DNA of 64,000 nucleotides from Mobula hypostoma (Eukaryota): the NCBI RefSeq assembly GCF_963921235.1, contig NC_086097.1:57228001-57292000 (forward strand). Reading direction: 5' to 3'. Below are positions 12,358-24,801 of this stretch, piece by piece. The stretch's first letter is position 1, and every line of letters begins with the position of its first letter. The position numbers and the translations under genes are program-made. The notes below the pieces were generated by a model that did no database searches, was not told the origin of the DNA, and saw only the letters and a program-made list of their open reading frames with translations.

Positions 12358-12479
12358 TTGGAATGTAGATTAATGATGAAAGGGGAAAGATGTAAAAGCA
12401 ACTTGAGGGGCCAAATTTTTCACAAAAAATTCTGAGTATATGAAATAATCTATCGGACAAAGTGATTGAAACAGGTACA

Positions 12480-12990
12480 ATAGCACAATAGGCCATACCA
12501 GCACCCCGTACAACCACATCATGAGCCCCATACACAGTGCCTTGACTTATGAAGGCCAGTGTGCCAAAAGTCTTTTTCACCACCCTGTCTACCTGTGACT
12601 CCATGTCTGGGGAACCATGTATTTGTACTCTGTTCTACAACACTCCCATGATCCTGCTATGCACTGTAAAATTCGTACTTGGGTTTGATTTTCCAAAATG
12701 CAACGCCTCACATCATCTGATTTGCCATTTCTTGGCCCAGATACTCATCTGTTCAAGATTCCCCAGTAGTTTTTGTTAACCTTCTTCATTCTCCACTATA
12801 CCACCTATTGTAGTGTCATCTGCAAATTTGATAACTATGCTTTGTATATTCAAATCCAAATTATGATAGGGATGATGAGCCTAGCAGTGACCCTGAGACA
12901 CAATTCTACTCATGGGCATCCAGTCAGAAATACAGCCTTCCACCATTCTGCTTTCTGCCATCCAGACAGTATCCAATAAGCCTGCTCTCA
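12480..12990 (-). mobile_element. Decayed CR1 RT fragment
   Basis: Minus ORF MESQVDRVVKKTFGTLAFISQG, and gtgtcatctgcaaa is the reverse complement of the FADDT codons. Confidence 0.7.
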
Positions 12991-13005
12991 CTGGAGCGGG
13001 TAGTA

Positions 13006-13824
13006 CAGGTTAACAATCCCTTATCCAAAATCCCTAGGGCCAGTTGCATTTCAGAACTCAGATTTTTTTGGATTTCAGACCTCCCCCCCACCCCCTCCCC
13101 ATACCAAAAAACACGTATGCTCAAGTCCTTTATTTAACCTGGCTCAGTGTAGTGGACTTTAGGACCCGGCGGCGCACCAACCCTACACACATCCTCCCGT
13201 ATAGGTTTAAATCATGTCTAGATTACTTATAATACCTAATACAATGTAAATGCAATGTAAATAGTTGTTTTACTCTATTGTTTAGGGTATAATGACAAGA
13301 AAATTTTTTATTTCCAACAAAAACATTCAATAAAACATAAAAATATACAGCTTCAAACGAACCAAATCAAACACATGGTAAATGACCTATTGGAATAAAT
13401 GTAGAACATCACCTTCACTATAAAACTTCAGTAACTTGTCTTTCTGTTTATTTAAATCATATACAGTGGTAGTTCTGACACTATTTTCTTCAGTAAGACG
13501 CCGCACAGACACACCACGATCAAGCTTCTGCAATAACTCCACTTTCTGCGTTATTGATAATGATAGATGCTTCCTTCTCTTTTTCTCATTGTTACCCATA
13601 GGGGTATCTGCAGCACTTTTTGACATTTTCACAGTGAACACACAATATCAGCGAACAGCAAATGCACGTGTAACCAGTACGAGCGCTGAGCCACAACTGA
13701 CGTCTGGCAGTCTCTGCTAGTGCTGCTACGTCACACCTGAGTGACGACAGCTGTTGGCGAAAAGAAACTTTGGTTTTCGGAGTTTTTTGGATTTCAGAAT
13801 TTCGGATAAAGGAATATGCACCTG
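13006..13824 (-). mobile_element. Tigger/pogo-type deleted DNA transposon
   Basis: TIRs CAGGTTAACAATCCCTTATCC / GGATAAAGGAATATGCACCTG, with TA on the left. ORF 13387-13641 is a CENP-B/psq-type HTH (KRRKHLSLSITQKVELLQKLDRG). Confidence 0.85.
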
Positions 13825-15107
13825 CAGTAAATGGTGGCATTAAGAAGGCCTAATTTGTTTTGTGCTGTAGTTTCAGTCATGGGAAACTTCTCTGAGGGTT
13901 TGAATCCAATTTCTTGGTTTAATCCTATTGTTATTAGGGAGTTGTATGAATCCATATTGCTTTTGATCAAAATATGCTTGGATTTTGCTGGCAGTTAAGA
14001 AGAGAAGCACATGAGTTTCTGACTTCTGAGGCCATGCACTGCGGTGTGGAAATATAAAGCATATCGGCAGGCAAATGCCAGCCCATTTTATCTCCTGATA
14101 AGAAACTGGAATTGACACAGAGTTTAATGTGAATCCTGACTGTATTGAGCTACAGGGCTAGAAACCCTTCTCATCAGTCCCCTCAACCTAACACCAATCA
14201 TGTCTGGCTTTTCTAACACTGCTTTGCTAGTCACCTACCCAGATGGAAAAGGTACGTGGTTTGTTTCATTTTTACTTTAATAATTAATTGTAATTTCTAT
14301 TATTTAAACTGCATTGAAAACAAACTTAATATAAAAATCTTAATGCTCTTCTTGCGGAATGTGGGAAGGCAGGGAGACCTCCAGAGTCCCTGACGACAAC
14401 TGCAAGAAGTGCATCCAGCTTCAGCTTCTAATGCTGCATATTAAGGAGTTGGAGTTGGAGTTGGAAGTGGATGAACTCCAGATCATTCAGAAGACTGGGG
14501 GGGGGGGGGGCGCGGGAGGGAAGGTGATAGATAGAACATACAGAGAGTTAGTTACACTCAAGATGCAGGAAACAGGAAACTGGGTGACAGTCAGGAAGGG
14601 AAAGGGAGTTAAAACAGCCATTGCAGAGTACCCCTGTGGTGATTCCTCTCAATGGCAGGTATTATCACTTTGGATACTGTTGCGGGGAGGAGGGGATGCG
14701 GAGGAAAATCATAGTGGTCTGGTCTCTGGCACGAATTTGACTACTACTCAGAAGGGAAGGGGGGAAGCTGTGGTGATAGTGGATTCATTCGTTAGGGGAA
14801 CAGAAAGGAGGTTCTGTGGATATAAATGAAATTCCTGGATGGTATCTTGCTTCCCGGTTACCAGGGTCTGGGATATCTCGGTTTGAGTCCTCAGCATTCT
14901 TAAGTGGGCATGTGATCAGCCAGAGATCGTGGTCCAATGACATAAGTTGGAAGAGTGACACAGTTCTGCAAAGGGAGTGCAGGGAGTTAGGTGCTACATT
15001 GAAGGACCTAAACACGAGGAATTCTGCAGATGCTGGAAATTCAAGCAACACACATCAAAGTTGCTGGTGAACGCAGCAGGCCAGGCAGCATCTCTAGGAA
15101 GAGGTAC

Positions 15108-15143
15108 TGTCGACGTTTCGGGCCGAGACCCTTCATCAGGACT
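15108..15143 (-). ncRNA. Minimal type I hammerhead ribozyme (Penelope pLTR type)
   Basis: The minus strand reads agtc-CUGAUGA-a-gggu(cucg)gccc-GAAA-cGUC-gac. The core is intact and stem I has one mismatch. Confidence 0.75.
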
Positions 15144-16122
15144 AACTGAAGGAAGAGATAGTAAGAGATTTGAAAGTGGGAGGAGGAGGGGGAGATCCAA
15201 AATGATAGGAGATGACAGGAGGGGTAGGGATGGAGCCAAGAGCTGGACAGGTGATTGGCAAAAGGGATATGAGAGGATCATGGGACAGGAGGCCCAGGGA
15301 GAAGGAAAGGTTGGGGGACCCAGAGGATGCGCAAGGGGTATTGTCAGAGGGACAGAGGGAGAAAAAGGAGAGAGAGAGAAAGAATGTGTATATAAATAAA
15401 TAACGGATGGGGTACGAGGGGGAGGTGGGGCATTAGCGGAAGTTAAAGAAGTCAATGTTCATGCCATCAGGTTGGAGGCTACCCAGACGGAATATAAGGT
15501 GTTGTTCCAACAACCTGAGTGTGGTTTCATCTTTACAGTAGAGGAGGCCGTGGATAGACATATCAGAATGGGAATGGGACCTGGAATTAAAATGTGTGGC
15601 CACTGGGAGATCCTGCTTTCTCTGGCCGACAGAGCGCTCTGTCGGCCAGAGAAAGCAGGATCTCCCAGTGGCCACACATTTTAATTCCAGGTCCCATTCC
15701 CATTCTGATATGTCTATCCACGGCCTCCTCTACTGTAAAGATGAAACCACACTCAGGTTGTTGGAACAACACCTTATATTCCGTCTGGGTAGCCTCCAAC
15801 CTGATGGCATGAACATTGACTTCTCTAACTTCCGCTAATGCCCCACCTCCCCCTCGTACCCCATCCGTTATTTATTTATATACACACATTCTTTCTCTCT
15901 CTCTCCTTTTTCTCCCTCTGTCTCTCTTGCTATATCCCTTGCCATCCTCTGGGTTTCCCCCCCTCCCCCCTTTCCTTCTCCCTGGGCCTCCTGTCATATC
16001 CCCTTTGCCAATCACCTGTCCAGCTCTTGGCTCCATCCCTCCCCCTCCTGTCTTCTCCTATCATTTTGGATCTCCCCCTCCTCCTCCCACTTTCCTATCT
16101 CTTACTAGCTCTTCCTTCAGTT

Positions 16123-16158
16123 AGTCCTGATGAAGGGTCTCGGCCCGAAACGTCGACT
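16123..16158 (+). ncRNA. Minimal type I hammerhead ribozyme (Penelope pLTR type)
   Basis: Stem I agtc/gact, CUGAUGA 16127-16133, stem II gggu/gccc, GAAA 16147-16150, self-complementary ACGU, predicted cleavage after C16154. Confidence 0.85.
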
Positions 16159-19100
16159 GTACCTCTTCCTAGAGATGCTGCCTGGCCTGCTGCGTTCACC
16201 AGCAACTTTGATGTGGGAAGTTAAAGGACCTCCAGGGTTGTGATCTCAGAATTGCTACACATACCAGGTGCTAGTGAAGCTAGAAATAGTAAGATTTTAC
16301 AGTTTAACACGTGGCTAAGGATTTAGTGTAGGAGGGAGGGCATAAGATTTTTAGATTTTTGGATCATTGGGCTCTCTTCCAGAGTAGATGAGACCTGTAC
16401 AGAAGAGAAGGTTTGCACCTGAACTGGAGAGGGACTAATAACTAAGCGGGAAGATCTGCTAGTGCTGCATGGTGGGGTTTAAACTAGGGTTGTAAGGGCA
16501 TGGGAACCAGAATACCAGAACAGTTAGTGGAGAGGTTATGGAGACAGATGTTGTTGAAAGCTCAGACAAAGTCAGGAATCAAAGGATTGAACATGATGCG
16601 ACTAGTGCCCTGAGCAGTGTATATTTTCATGCAAGAAGTATCGCAGAAGAGGCAGATGAGCTCAGGGCATGGATCAACATCTGGAATTATGATATTGGTG
16701 GCATTAAAGGTCAAAGTTCTAAGTAAAATTTATTATCGGAGTACATACATGTCACCACATACAACCGTGAGATTCTTTTTCTGTGGGTGAGACTTGGTTG
16801 CAGGAGGGGCAGGACTGGTAGCTCAGTATTCCAGGGTTCCGCTGTTATAATTGCGACAGAATGGAAGGGATTAAAGGAGGAGTGTTTGTCAGGGATAATG
16901 TCATGGCAGTGCTCAGTCAGGACAGACTGGAGAACTTGTCTACTGAAGTGTTACAGATACAACTCAGGAATAAGAAAGGTATGACCACATTAATGGGGCT
17001 ATATCAACCAACACTCAGAGGGATTTAGAGGAACAAATTTGTAGAGATCGCAGACAGTGGCAAGAAACATAAGGTTGTTATAGTAGGTGATTTAACTTTC
17101 TACATATTGACTGAGACTCCCATACTGTAAAAAGGCTAGATGGGACAGAGTTTGTCAAACGTGTTCTGAAAGTTTAGGTAATCAGTATGTAGAAATCCCG
17201 ATGCGTGAGTGTGAGATATTTGATCTGCTATTAGGGAGTGAGATGGGGCAGTTAGAGAAGTTTGTGTAGGGGAACACTTTGCATCTAGTGACTACCATGT
17301 CATTAGTTTCAAAGTAAAACAATAGGTCTGAATTCTAAATTGAAGAAAGCCCAGTTTTGATGGTATCAGAAAGGATCTGGCAAGGTGGATTGGGACAGGC
17401 TGTTTTATGGCAAAGGTGTACTTGGTAAGTGGGAGACCTTCAAAAGTGAAGTCTTGAGAGAACAAAGCTTCTATGTGCCTGTCAGAATAAAAGATAAAGA
17501 TAACAGGTGAAGGGAACCTTGGTTTTCAAAAGATATTGAGGTAGTGGTGAAGAAAAATAATGAGGTGCATAGCAGATATAGGCAGGTAGGAGCAAATGAA
17601 GTGAGAAAGAAATCAGGAGGGCGAAAAGAAGGCATGAAGTTACCCTAACAAACAAGGTAAAGGAGAATCTTCAGGGATACTGCAGAAATGTTAAGAGCCA
17701 AAAGATTGCAAGGAACAAAATTGGTCCTCTGGTGACCAAAATGGTAATCCATGGGGGGAGCCAAAAGAGATCTGGGGAGATCTTAAATTATTTTTTTTAC
17801 ATCTGTGTTTACTCAGGAGACGGACACAGAGTCTCTAGAAGTGAAGCAAAGCGGCATCAACTCCATAGACCCTATACAGATTACAGAGGAAAATTAGGGT
17901 GGATAAATTCCTAGCGCCTGACGAGGTATTCTTTTGGACCCTAGAAGAGGCAAGTGCAGAAATTGCTGGTGCTTTAGCAGAGATATTTAAACCATTCTTG
18001 ACAACAGGTGAGGTATCAAAGGATTGGAGGATAGCCAATGTTGTTCCACTATTCAAGGAAGGCTTTAACAATAAATCAGGAAATTATAGGTTGGTAACCC
18101 TGACATCAGTAGTGGGAAAACTATTGGAAGCTATTCTAAGGGACTGGATATTTAAGTATTTGGATAGACATAGACTGATTAAGGATAGTCAGCATATCTT
18201 TGTGCGTGGTATGTCATGTCTACCCAATCTAATAGAATTTTTTGAGGAAGTTACCAGGAAAATGGATGAGGGCAAGGCAGTGAATGTTGTCTACATAGAC
18301 TTTAGCAAGGCATTTTGACAATGTCCCACATGGGAGGTTGATTAATAAGGTTCAGTCGCTTGGCATTCAGGATGAGGTAGTAAGTTAGATGAGACATTGG
18401 TTTTGTGGGAAAACCCAGAGAGTGGTAGTAGATGGTTGCCTCTCTGACTGGAGGCCTGTGACTACTGGAGTGCCACAGGGATCAGTGCTGAGTCCTTTGT
18501 TGTTTGTTATCTATGTCAATGATCTGGATGATAGCGTGGTTAACTGGATCAGCAGATATGCGGATGACTCAAGATTGGGGGTGTAGTGGACAGTGAGGAA
18601 GACTACCATGGCTTGCAGTGGGATCTGGATTGGCTGGAAAAATGGACTGAAAAATGGCAGAATGGACTTTAATGCAGACAAGTGTGAAGTGTTGCACTTT
18701 GGTAGGACCAACCAGGGTAGGTCTTACACAGTCAATGGTAGGGCACTGAGGAATGTGGTAGAACAAAGGCATCTGGGAATACAGGGACATAATTCGCTGA
18801 AAGTGGTGTCAGAGGTAGATAGGATCATAGGGAAGCCTTTTGGCATGTTAGCCTTCATAAATCAAAGTATTGAGTACAGAAGATGGGATTGTTATATTGA
18901 GGTTGTATAAGACGTTGGTGAGGCCTATTTTGGAGTATTGTGTGCAGTTTTGCGCACCTACCTACAGGAAAGATGTAAACAAGACTGAAAGAGTGCAGAG
19001 AAAATTTACAAGGTTATTGCCGGGTCTGGGGGAATCTAAGGAAAGATTTAATAGGTTTGGGCTGTTTTCTATAGAATGTAGAGGATTGAGAGGAGATTCA

Positions 19101-19539
19101 ATAGAGGTATACAAAATCTTGAGGGGTATAGATTGGGTAAATGCAAGCATGTATTTTTCACTGAGATTGATGGACTACAACCAGAGGTTATGGCTTAAGG
19201 GTGAAAGGTGAAAAGTTCAAGGGGAACATGAGGGGAAATTTCTTCATTCAGAGGGTTGTGAGAGTGTGGAACAAATGGCCAGCGCAAGTGCTGCATGCCA
19301 GCTTGATTTCAACATTTAAGAGAAGTTTGGATAGCTATGTGGATGCAGGGGTATGGAGGACTTTGGTTCCAGTGTAGGTCAATGGGAGTAGGCAATTTAA
19401 ATGGTTCGGTATGGACTAGAAGGCCAAAGGGCCTGTTTCTGTGCTGTATTTTTCCATGACTCTATGTAATTTTTACTTGAATTAAATAAATGCCGAATCC
19501 TTTTTAAATATCTTGCTGAAAATATCTTTAACAGCATTT

Positions 19540-20175
19540 AAGCAACACACCCAAAATGCTGGTGGAATGCAGCAGGACAGGCAGCATCTATTGGAAAAGG
19601 TACAGTCGACGTTTCGGGCCGAGATCCTTAGTCAGGACTAACTGAAAGAAGAGTTAGTAAGAGATTTGAAAGTGGGAGGGGGAGGGGGTATCCAAAATGA
19701 TAGGAGAAGACCGGAGGGGGAGGGATGGAGCCAAGAACTGGGAAGTTGATTGGCAAAAGGGATATGAGAGGATCATGGGACAGGAGGCCCAGGGAGAAGG
19801 AAAGGGGGGAGGGGGGAAACCCAGAGGATGGGCAAGGGGTATAGTCAGAGGGACAGATGAGAAAAAGGAGAGAGAGAGAGAAAGAATGTGTGTATATAAA
19901 TAAATAAATAACGGATGGGGGTACGAGGGGCATTAACAGAAGTTAGAGAAGTCAATGTTCATGCCATCAGGTTGGAGGCTACCCAGACGGAATATAAGGT
20001 GTTGTTCCTCCAACCTGAGTGTGGCTTCATTTTTACAGTAGAGGAGGCCGTGGTTAGACATGTTGGAATGGGAATGGGATGTGGAATTGAAATGTGTGGC
20101 CACTGGGAGATCCTGCTTTCTCTGGCGGACAGAGCGTAGGTGTTCAGCCAAACGGTCTCCCAGCCTGCGTCGTGT
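19540..20175 (-). mobile_element. Penelope-like element 3' fragment
   Basis: ORF 19933-20211 RRLGDRLAEHLRSVRQRKQDLPVATHFN (GIY-YIG C-terminal half). Hammerhead motif at about 19604-19639 with a mutated core (CUGACUA). Confidence 0.9.
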
Positions 20176-20218
20176 GGTTTTACTGATCAATACATAGCAT
20201 GAAAAGTCCATTTAAATC

Positions 20219-20577
20219 ATTTTTAATTTGACAAAATATTGAACATTAGCAGAATGGTTTTTTGAACAGGTTATTTTCTTGTGCCCCGGAAGAGACTTTT
20301 TCTGATTTAAATTCAACATTGGAAATGGGAAATTAGTTTTAAATTTAGAAATCTTTTAAATGAAAAAACAGTTTCAAACAATCGGCAAATTTTTAACAAT
20401 TTTAAACTGACAAAACATTAAACATTAGCAGAATGGCTTTCTGGACAGTCTTTTTATTTGGAGTTCTGGACGATATTTTTCCTGATTTAAATTCAACGTT
20501 GAAAATGGGGAAATTGTTTTCAGTTCAGAAGTGTTTCAAATGAAACAACAGTTGAATGTAATCCGCAATTTTTAACG
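20219..20577. repeat. Two-copy tandem repeat, about 179 bp period, diverged
   Basis: gacaaaa..aacattagcagaatgg at 20230 and 20409. ctgatttaaattcaac, aaatgaaa and tttttaac recur in register. Confidence 0.85.
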
Positions 20578-21849
20578 GGTTTTGAAAATCGTAAATGGAT
20601 CCTCTACTTCAGTCCATGACGGAGCGCTAATCTAATGGTGATAGGGAAAATTAGTAAACTATTAGGTTTTCCCGACGCCTTGTTAATATATATATATGTA
20701 TATTCCGATATCGTTGCAAGTTCAAGTTATTGTTTCATTTTTTAATCAAACAGTACCTAAATGATTATTCACTGTGAAGTGCTGACGTAGCCTTCGAAAT
20801 TGATGGTTTACGTCTGTATTAATGATTGAACCGTACTAGAAAAACAAGCAGCAACTCTCTCACCTCGGGATACGCACTATCAGACAATTACTTTCATGAG
20901 AAGTAAAAACAAATGTTCATTGGGAGACACATTATCATTTTGAATTGCCGTTTCCCCGCAGCAAATTGCACAACAGGGAACTGGCATTGGATTGGTTAGT
21001 TTGGGTGGAAGTTGCATAATTAGTTGACAATATGGCATAACGAGCTTTTTACATATTGCAATTTTTCTTATTCTACAATATCTATTAATCATTTCAACCG
21101 TATATCTTTCGGAGTACATTTACTTCGATTTTAATGTAAATGCTTTATGGTAGGGAAACAGCAGATACCCGCTTTGCTAGTGTAGCAATGCTTTTTAAAA
21201 TGGTTTGTTTTGAATGGATCTCCGCCACTATATTGGGAATTTACAAAGTGGCTTCAAGCTAACAGTAGAAAATAAAATGTGGGCTCGGTTTGTGAGTGAT
21301 ATGGCGCAAAACGCCTGAGAGTTGCGACATTGTGAAAAGAACTGAAATAGAACAGGCCCTGACGTCATGGGGAGGGACTGTAGTTGCTGTTGAAAGCTGC
21401 AGCTGAGAGGCGGGGGAAAACCTAGACAACATTGCAAACACTGCCATAACATCCCCACAATTTAAATATGCTATTTATACAATAACCACTTTATTATCAG
21501 AAGAGTTGTATGTTTATGATGGTTAAAGAAACTCTTCATCGCAATTTTGTTTTCGGTAATTAAAAAAATGTGGTTAGAGGTCACTTGTTCGGCAAAGTAA
21601 ATATTGTTTAGGCCCTCTCGGGCTGACTTTTAGTTTAAAATCTGATTTTAAGATGGTGTCGAGTTCCGAGTTAAATGCGCCTTTTAGCTAGTGCGCGACG
21701 CGAGTTATTAACATTGTACAACCCATATTTATCTTAGATGTATTATAAGAGGGAAAGGTTAAGCATTACCATAAAAATACATGGGCTTGAAATCAAGACA
21801 CGTCACCTTTCAGCTGAAATTGCTTGGTGAATTCAAGTACAAGCTGATT

Positions 21850-22210
21850 CACGCGAAACGAGCGTGGGGGGGGAGGAAGGGGAAGGTGCTTGCGTTGCTA
21901 CCTAATGCGTTAGGCCTCTGGTAAGCAGAGATTTCAGATTTTACGGACCAGAACACACCAGTGGGAGAGGCAAAGGGGGGGGGGGGTGGGGAAGGCGAAG
22001 AATGTGGCGGTGCGCCTGCGCGTTAGCCCTGTTACAGGCTGCAGAGCGCGGCTGACGTCACGTGGTGCTCGGAGCAGCTCGGTGGCGCGGCCGAGAGAAG
22101 AGAGGAGAAAGCAGAGAGGGAAGGCGAGTGAGCCCGGGCCCGGCCACACTACGGAAGGAAAGGGCCTACACTCCAAATCTAGCGTCGAAAATAATTTAAA
22201 CATCCGCATC
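21850..22210 (+). promoter_or_regulatory. CpG-rich promoter / 5'UTR of IRF2BPL
   Basis: Sharp rise in CpG density. NRF1-like TGCGCCTGCGC 22011-22021, CRE TGACGTCA 22053-22060 overlapping E-box CACGTG 22059-22064, and G-runs at 21866-21886 and 21975-21991. Confidence 0.7.
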
Positions 22211-24193
22211 ATGTCCGCTGCCCAGGTGTCCTCAGCCCGGAGACAGTCGTGTTACCTCTGTGATCTGCCCCGCATGCCATGGGCCATGATCTGGGATTTT
22301 ACCGAGCCCGTGTGCCGGGGTTGTGTAAACTACGAGGGGGCCGATCGTATAGAGTTTGTGATTGAAACGGCGCGCCAGTTGAAGCGGGCTCATGGATTCC
22401 AAGAGGGCCGCTCCCCGGGACCGCCGCCTGTCAAAGTTCAGTCGTTAGGTGCCAGCAAAGACCCGGGTCAACAGCTCAACCACGTCGACGGTCCGAATAA
22501 GGGGCCGCAGCCGCCTCTGGATCGCTACTCTCTGAGCGCGGAGAGACCTCGGTTCGAATACCCGGGGCTCGCCCACGCAAGCAGGCTTCCTAATGGCTTG
22601 AATGGACCTAATGGATTCCCCAAATCTGAGGATGTCCCGCCGGAACTGAATCGGCAGAGTCCTAATTCATCCCGTAGAAATCACGGCATCGTGCCCCCAG
22701 GCCCGGTGACGGTGCCGCCCAATCTACTGCCTCAGACTACTCTAAATGGCCCGACCTCAGGAGCCGTCAGCTCGCACGGTCTGCTTGGCCGGCCATCTCC
22801 CTCCACGAGCCTGGCCGGGACCTCGCTGACCGTCAGCAGCCAGGTCCTGAGCGATGTCAACAAACGGCCGGGCTCAGTGTCCAGCAGTGACCAGGAGAGG
22901 GAATTGAAGGAAAAGCAGCGTAATGCCGAGACGCTGGCAGAACTTGGCGAGAGCTTGCGGAACCGCTCCGAGGACTGGGTGAGCAAGCCCAAGATCGTGC
23001 GGGAGACGCTGCTCACACTGTCCAACTGTAACCCCTTCGACGTGCGCTTTAAGAAGGACCACTCTCTGCTTGGTCGGGTGTTCGCTTTCGATGCCGTTTC
23101 CAAGCCCGGGATGGACTACGAGCTGAAGATCTTCATCGAGTACCCGAGCGGCTCGGCCAATGTCTTCTCCAGCGCCTCGGGAGTGGCCAAGCAAATGTAC
23201 CAGGACTGCATGAAGGATTTTGGTAGGGGCCTCTCATCGGGCTTCAAATACCTAGAGTATGAAAAGAAACACGGTTCAGGGGATTGGCGGCTGTTGGGTG
23301 ACTTGCTGCCCGAGTCGGTGCGTTTCTTCAAGGAGGTTGTAGGGGCCGACATGCTGCCACAGCCCCACATTGACGCCAATTGCCCCATTTTGCCCACCGC
23401 TCTGTGCAACCTGTCGCGTCCGCCTCCCAGCAGTTCCAGGCCTGGGATGCGCAAACGGAAAGCATCTCCCGAGCCCGACTCGGAAACTGGCAGCGTTAAG
23501 GAAGAGCGGCAGCAGCAGTGGTTGCCGAACCAAAATGAAGCCTTAAAGCTCACCATGGCGGCATCTGGTGCCTTTGGAGCAGGCGGAGTGGCGCATGGAG
23601 CTCCCCCTCTTCCACCGAATCGGACCACCCCTCCTGAATGCAGCCCCCAAAACGGACAGTCCCCCATGGCCGCTCTCATGTCTGTTGCTGACACCCTTGG
23701 AAATGCCCACTCGCCAAAAGACGGCAGCAATTCAGTACATTCAACCACTACAACTAACACCAGGCGGAACAGCAACAGTCCGGTGTCCCCAGCGTCGGGA
23801 GGCAGCCAGCGCCGCATGGTGTCCAGGAATGGAGATGTTTCTCTATCTGTGGCCCCTCCCAACAGCCACCCCAATCCCAGCATTGATCCCGTTCACCCCC
23901 CAAACATTCCAGACTCTCCAATGGCCAGCAATGGCCCCCTGTGCTGCACCATTTGTCATGAACGTCTGGAGGACACTCACTTTGTGCAATGTCCGTCGGT
24001 GCCCAATCATAAATTTTGTTTCCCATGCTCTCGGGAGAGTATCAAGGCTCAGGGGGCAAATGGAGAAGTTTATTGCCCCAGTGGAGAAAAATGCCCATTG
24101 GTAGGTTCAAATGTTCCTTGGGCATTCATGCAAGGAGAAATTGCTACAATCTTGGCCGGGGACGTTAAGGTTAAAAAAGAGAGAGACCCTTAA
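22211..24193 (+). CDS. IRF2BPL: Interferon regulatory factor 2-binding protein-like (EAP1), intronless, 660 aa
   Basis: Starts [30 protein letters not shown] (C4 zinc finger). Central [10 protein letters not shown]...[16 protein letters not shown] domain, [13 protein letters not shown]-terminal C3HC4 [23 protein letters not shown], ending KVKKERDP. The first in-frame ATG is at 22211. Confidence 0.97.
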   Translation: MSAAQVSSARRQSCYLCDLPRMPWAMIWDFTEPVCRGCVNYEGADRIEFVIETARQLKRAHGFQEGRSPGPPPVKVQSLGASKDPGQQLNHVDGPNKGPQPPLDRYSLSAERPRFEYPGLAHASRLPNGLNGPNGFPKSEDVPPELNRQSPNSSRRNHGIVPPGPVTVPPNLLPQTTLNGPTSGAVSSHGLLGRPSPSTSLAGTSLTVSSQVLSDVNKRPGSVSSSDQERELKEKQRNAETLAELGESLRNRSEDWVSKPKIVRETLLTLSNCNPFDVRFKKDHSLLGRVFAFDAVSKPGMDYELKIFIEYPSGSANVFSSASGVAKQMYQDCMKDFGRGLSSGFKYLEYEKKHGSGDWRLLGDLLPESVRFFKEVVGADMLPQPHIDANCPILPTALCNLSRPPPSSSRPGMRKRKASPEPDSETGSVKEERQQQWLPNQNEALKLTMAASGAFGAGGVAHGAPPLPPNRTTPPECSPQNGQSPMAALMSVADTLGNAHSPKDGSNSVHSTTTTNTRRNSNSPVSPASGGSQRRMVSRNGDVSLSVAPPNSHPNPSIDPVHPPNIPDSPMASNGPLCCTICHERLEDTHFVQCPSVPNHKFCFPCSRESIKAQGANGEVYCPSGEKCPLVGSNVPWAFMQGEIATILAGDVKVKKERDP

Positions 24194-24801
24194 TTTTTGT
24201 TTAAACTTCACTAATTGAAGTCAAATGTGAATAAGAACTAAACATTTAGTCTTATGTACAGACATTTTTCATTTTACGTCGTATGTTTCTATATTTTGAA
24301 ACAAGGTATGTACTCTTCTTCAATTGAAGGATGACCCTGGTTTTATTAAAGAATATCCGATATTATTGCTTAATACTGTTTTCACTTATTGATGGCAGTG
24401 TGTTGGCTAGGTACAGAATCATAGCACTTAGCAATTAACGCTGCTGGTGTGTTGTAAATGTATGCACTTCGCTGAATTGCCAAGGCCAGTGTTGACGCCT
24501 GCAGAAATGCAAACAAATTGTTACAAAGAATGGTTACAGTTATGTTACAAGCCCTGGGGATAGTCTCCTAAGTGACGTTTTTTAAAAAAAGGTGAGGGGT
24601 TCTTTTTATTAGTTTCCAAGGGCAAATATTTCATTTTATGATTCAGTGATCTGAATTTTTATAATGTGTTTTTTTTGCTTTATGGATGCACGAATGCTTT
24701 AAATAGTAGAGCAAAATGCTGTACTGTATATGAAAAATTGCTCTTGTTTGTTCTTTATACATTTCTGTAGTAACAGAAGACTGTAATGTGCCTTGGAGCT
24801 G

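Larger units (their letters stand above)
15010..16215. mobile_element. Head-to-head palindromic Penelope-like element (two 3' ends encoding the GIY-YIG C-terminus)
   Basis: Spacerless inverted repeat centred at 15635/15636, perfect from 15447 to 15824. Mirror ORFs PVATHFNS...EQHLIFRLGSLQPDGMN. Same family as 19540-20175 and 59760-60870. Confidence 0.9.
14340..19467 (+). mobile_element. Near full-length decayed CR1 LINE (ORF1 with esterase-like part; ORF2 APE+RT), interrupted by the Penelope palindrome
   Basis: ORF1-like 14359-14829 (CKKC...AVVIVDSFVRG), RT ORFs 17899-19211 (WRIANVVPLFK, GVPQGSVL, YADD) and a tail ttccatgactctatg at about 19455. Confidence 0.9.

Noticed and set aside
19604..19639. 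Hammerhead copies at 19604-19639 and 60771-60806 as active ribozymes
   Set aside because: The conserved core G8 is mutated (CUGACUA, CUGACAA), so they are probably inactive.
21986..22210. ORF-track start at GTG 21986 (735 aa)
   Set aside because: The family N-terminus MSAAQVSS begins at ATG 22211, and the upstream part overlaps promoter motifs.
22732..24104. Overlapping antisense and alternative-frame ORFs (up to 255 aa) within IRF2BPL
   Set aside because: These are expected shadows of a GC-rich coding sequence, with no independent motifs.
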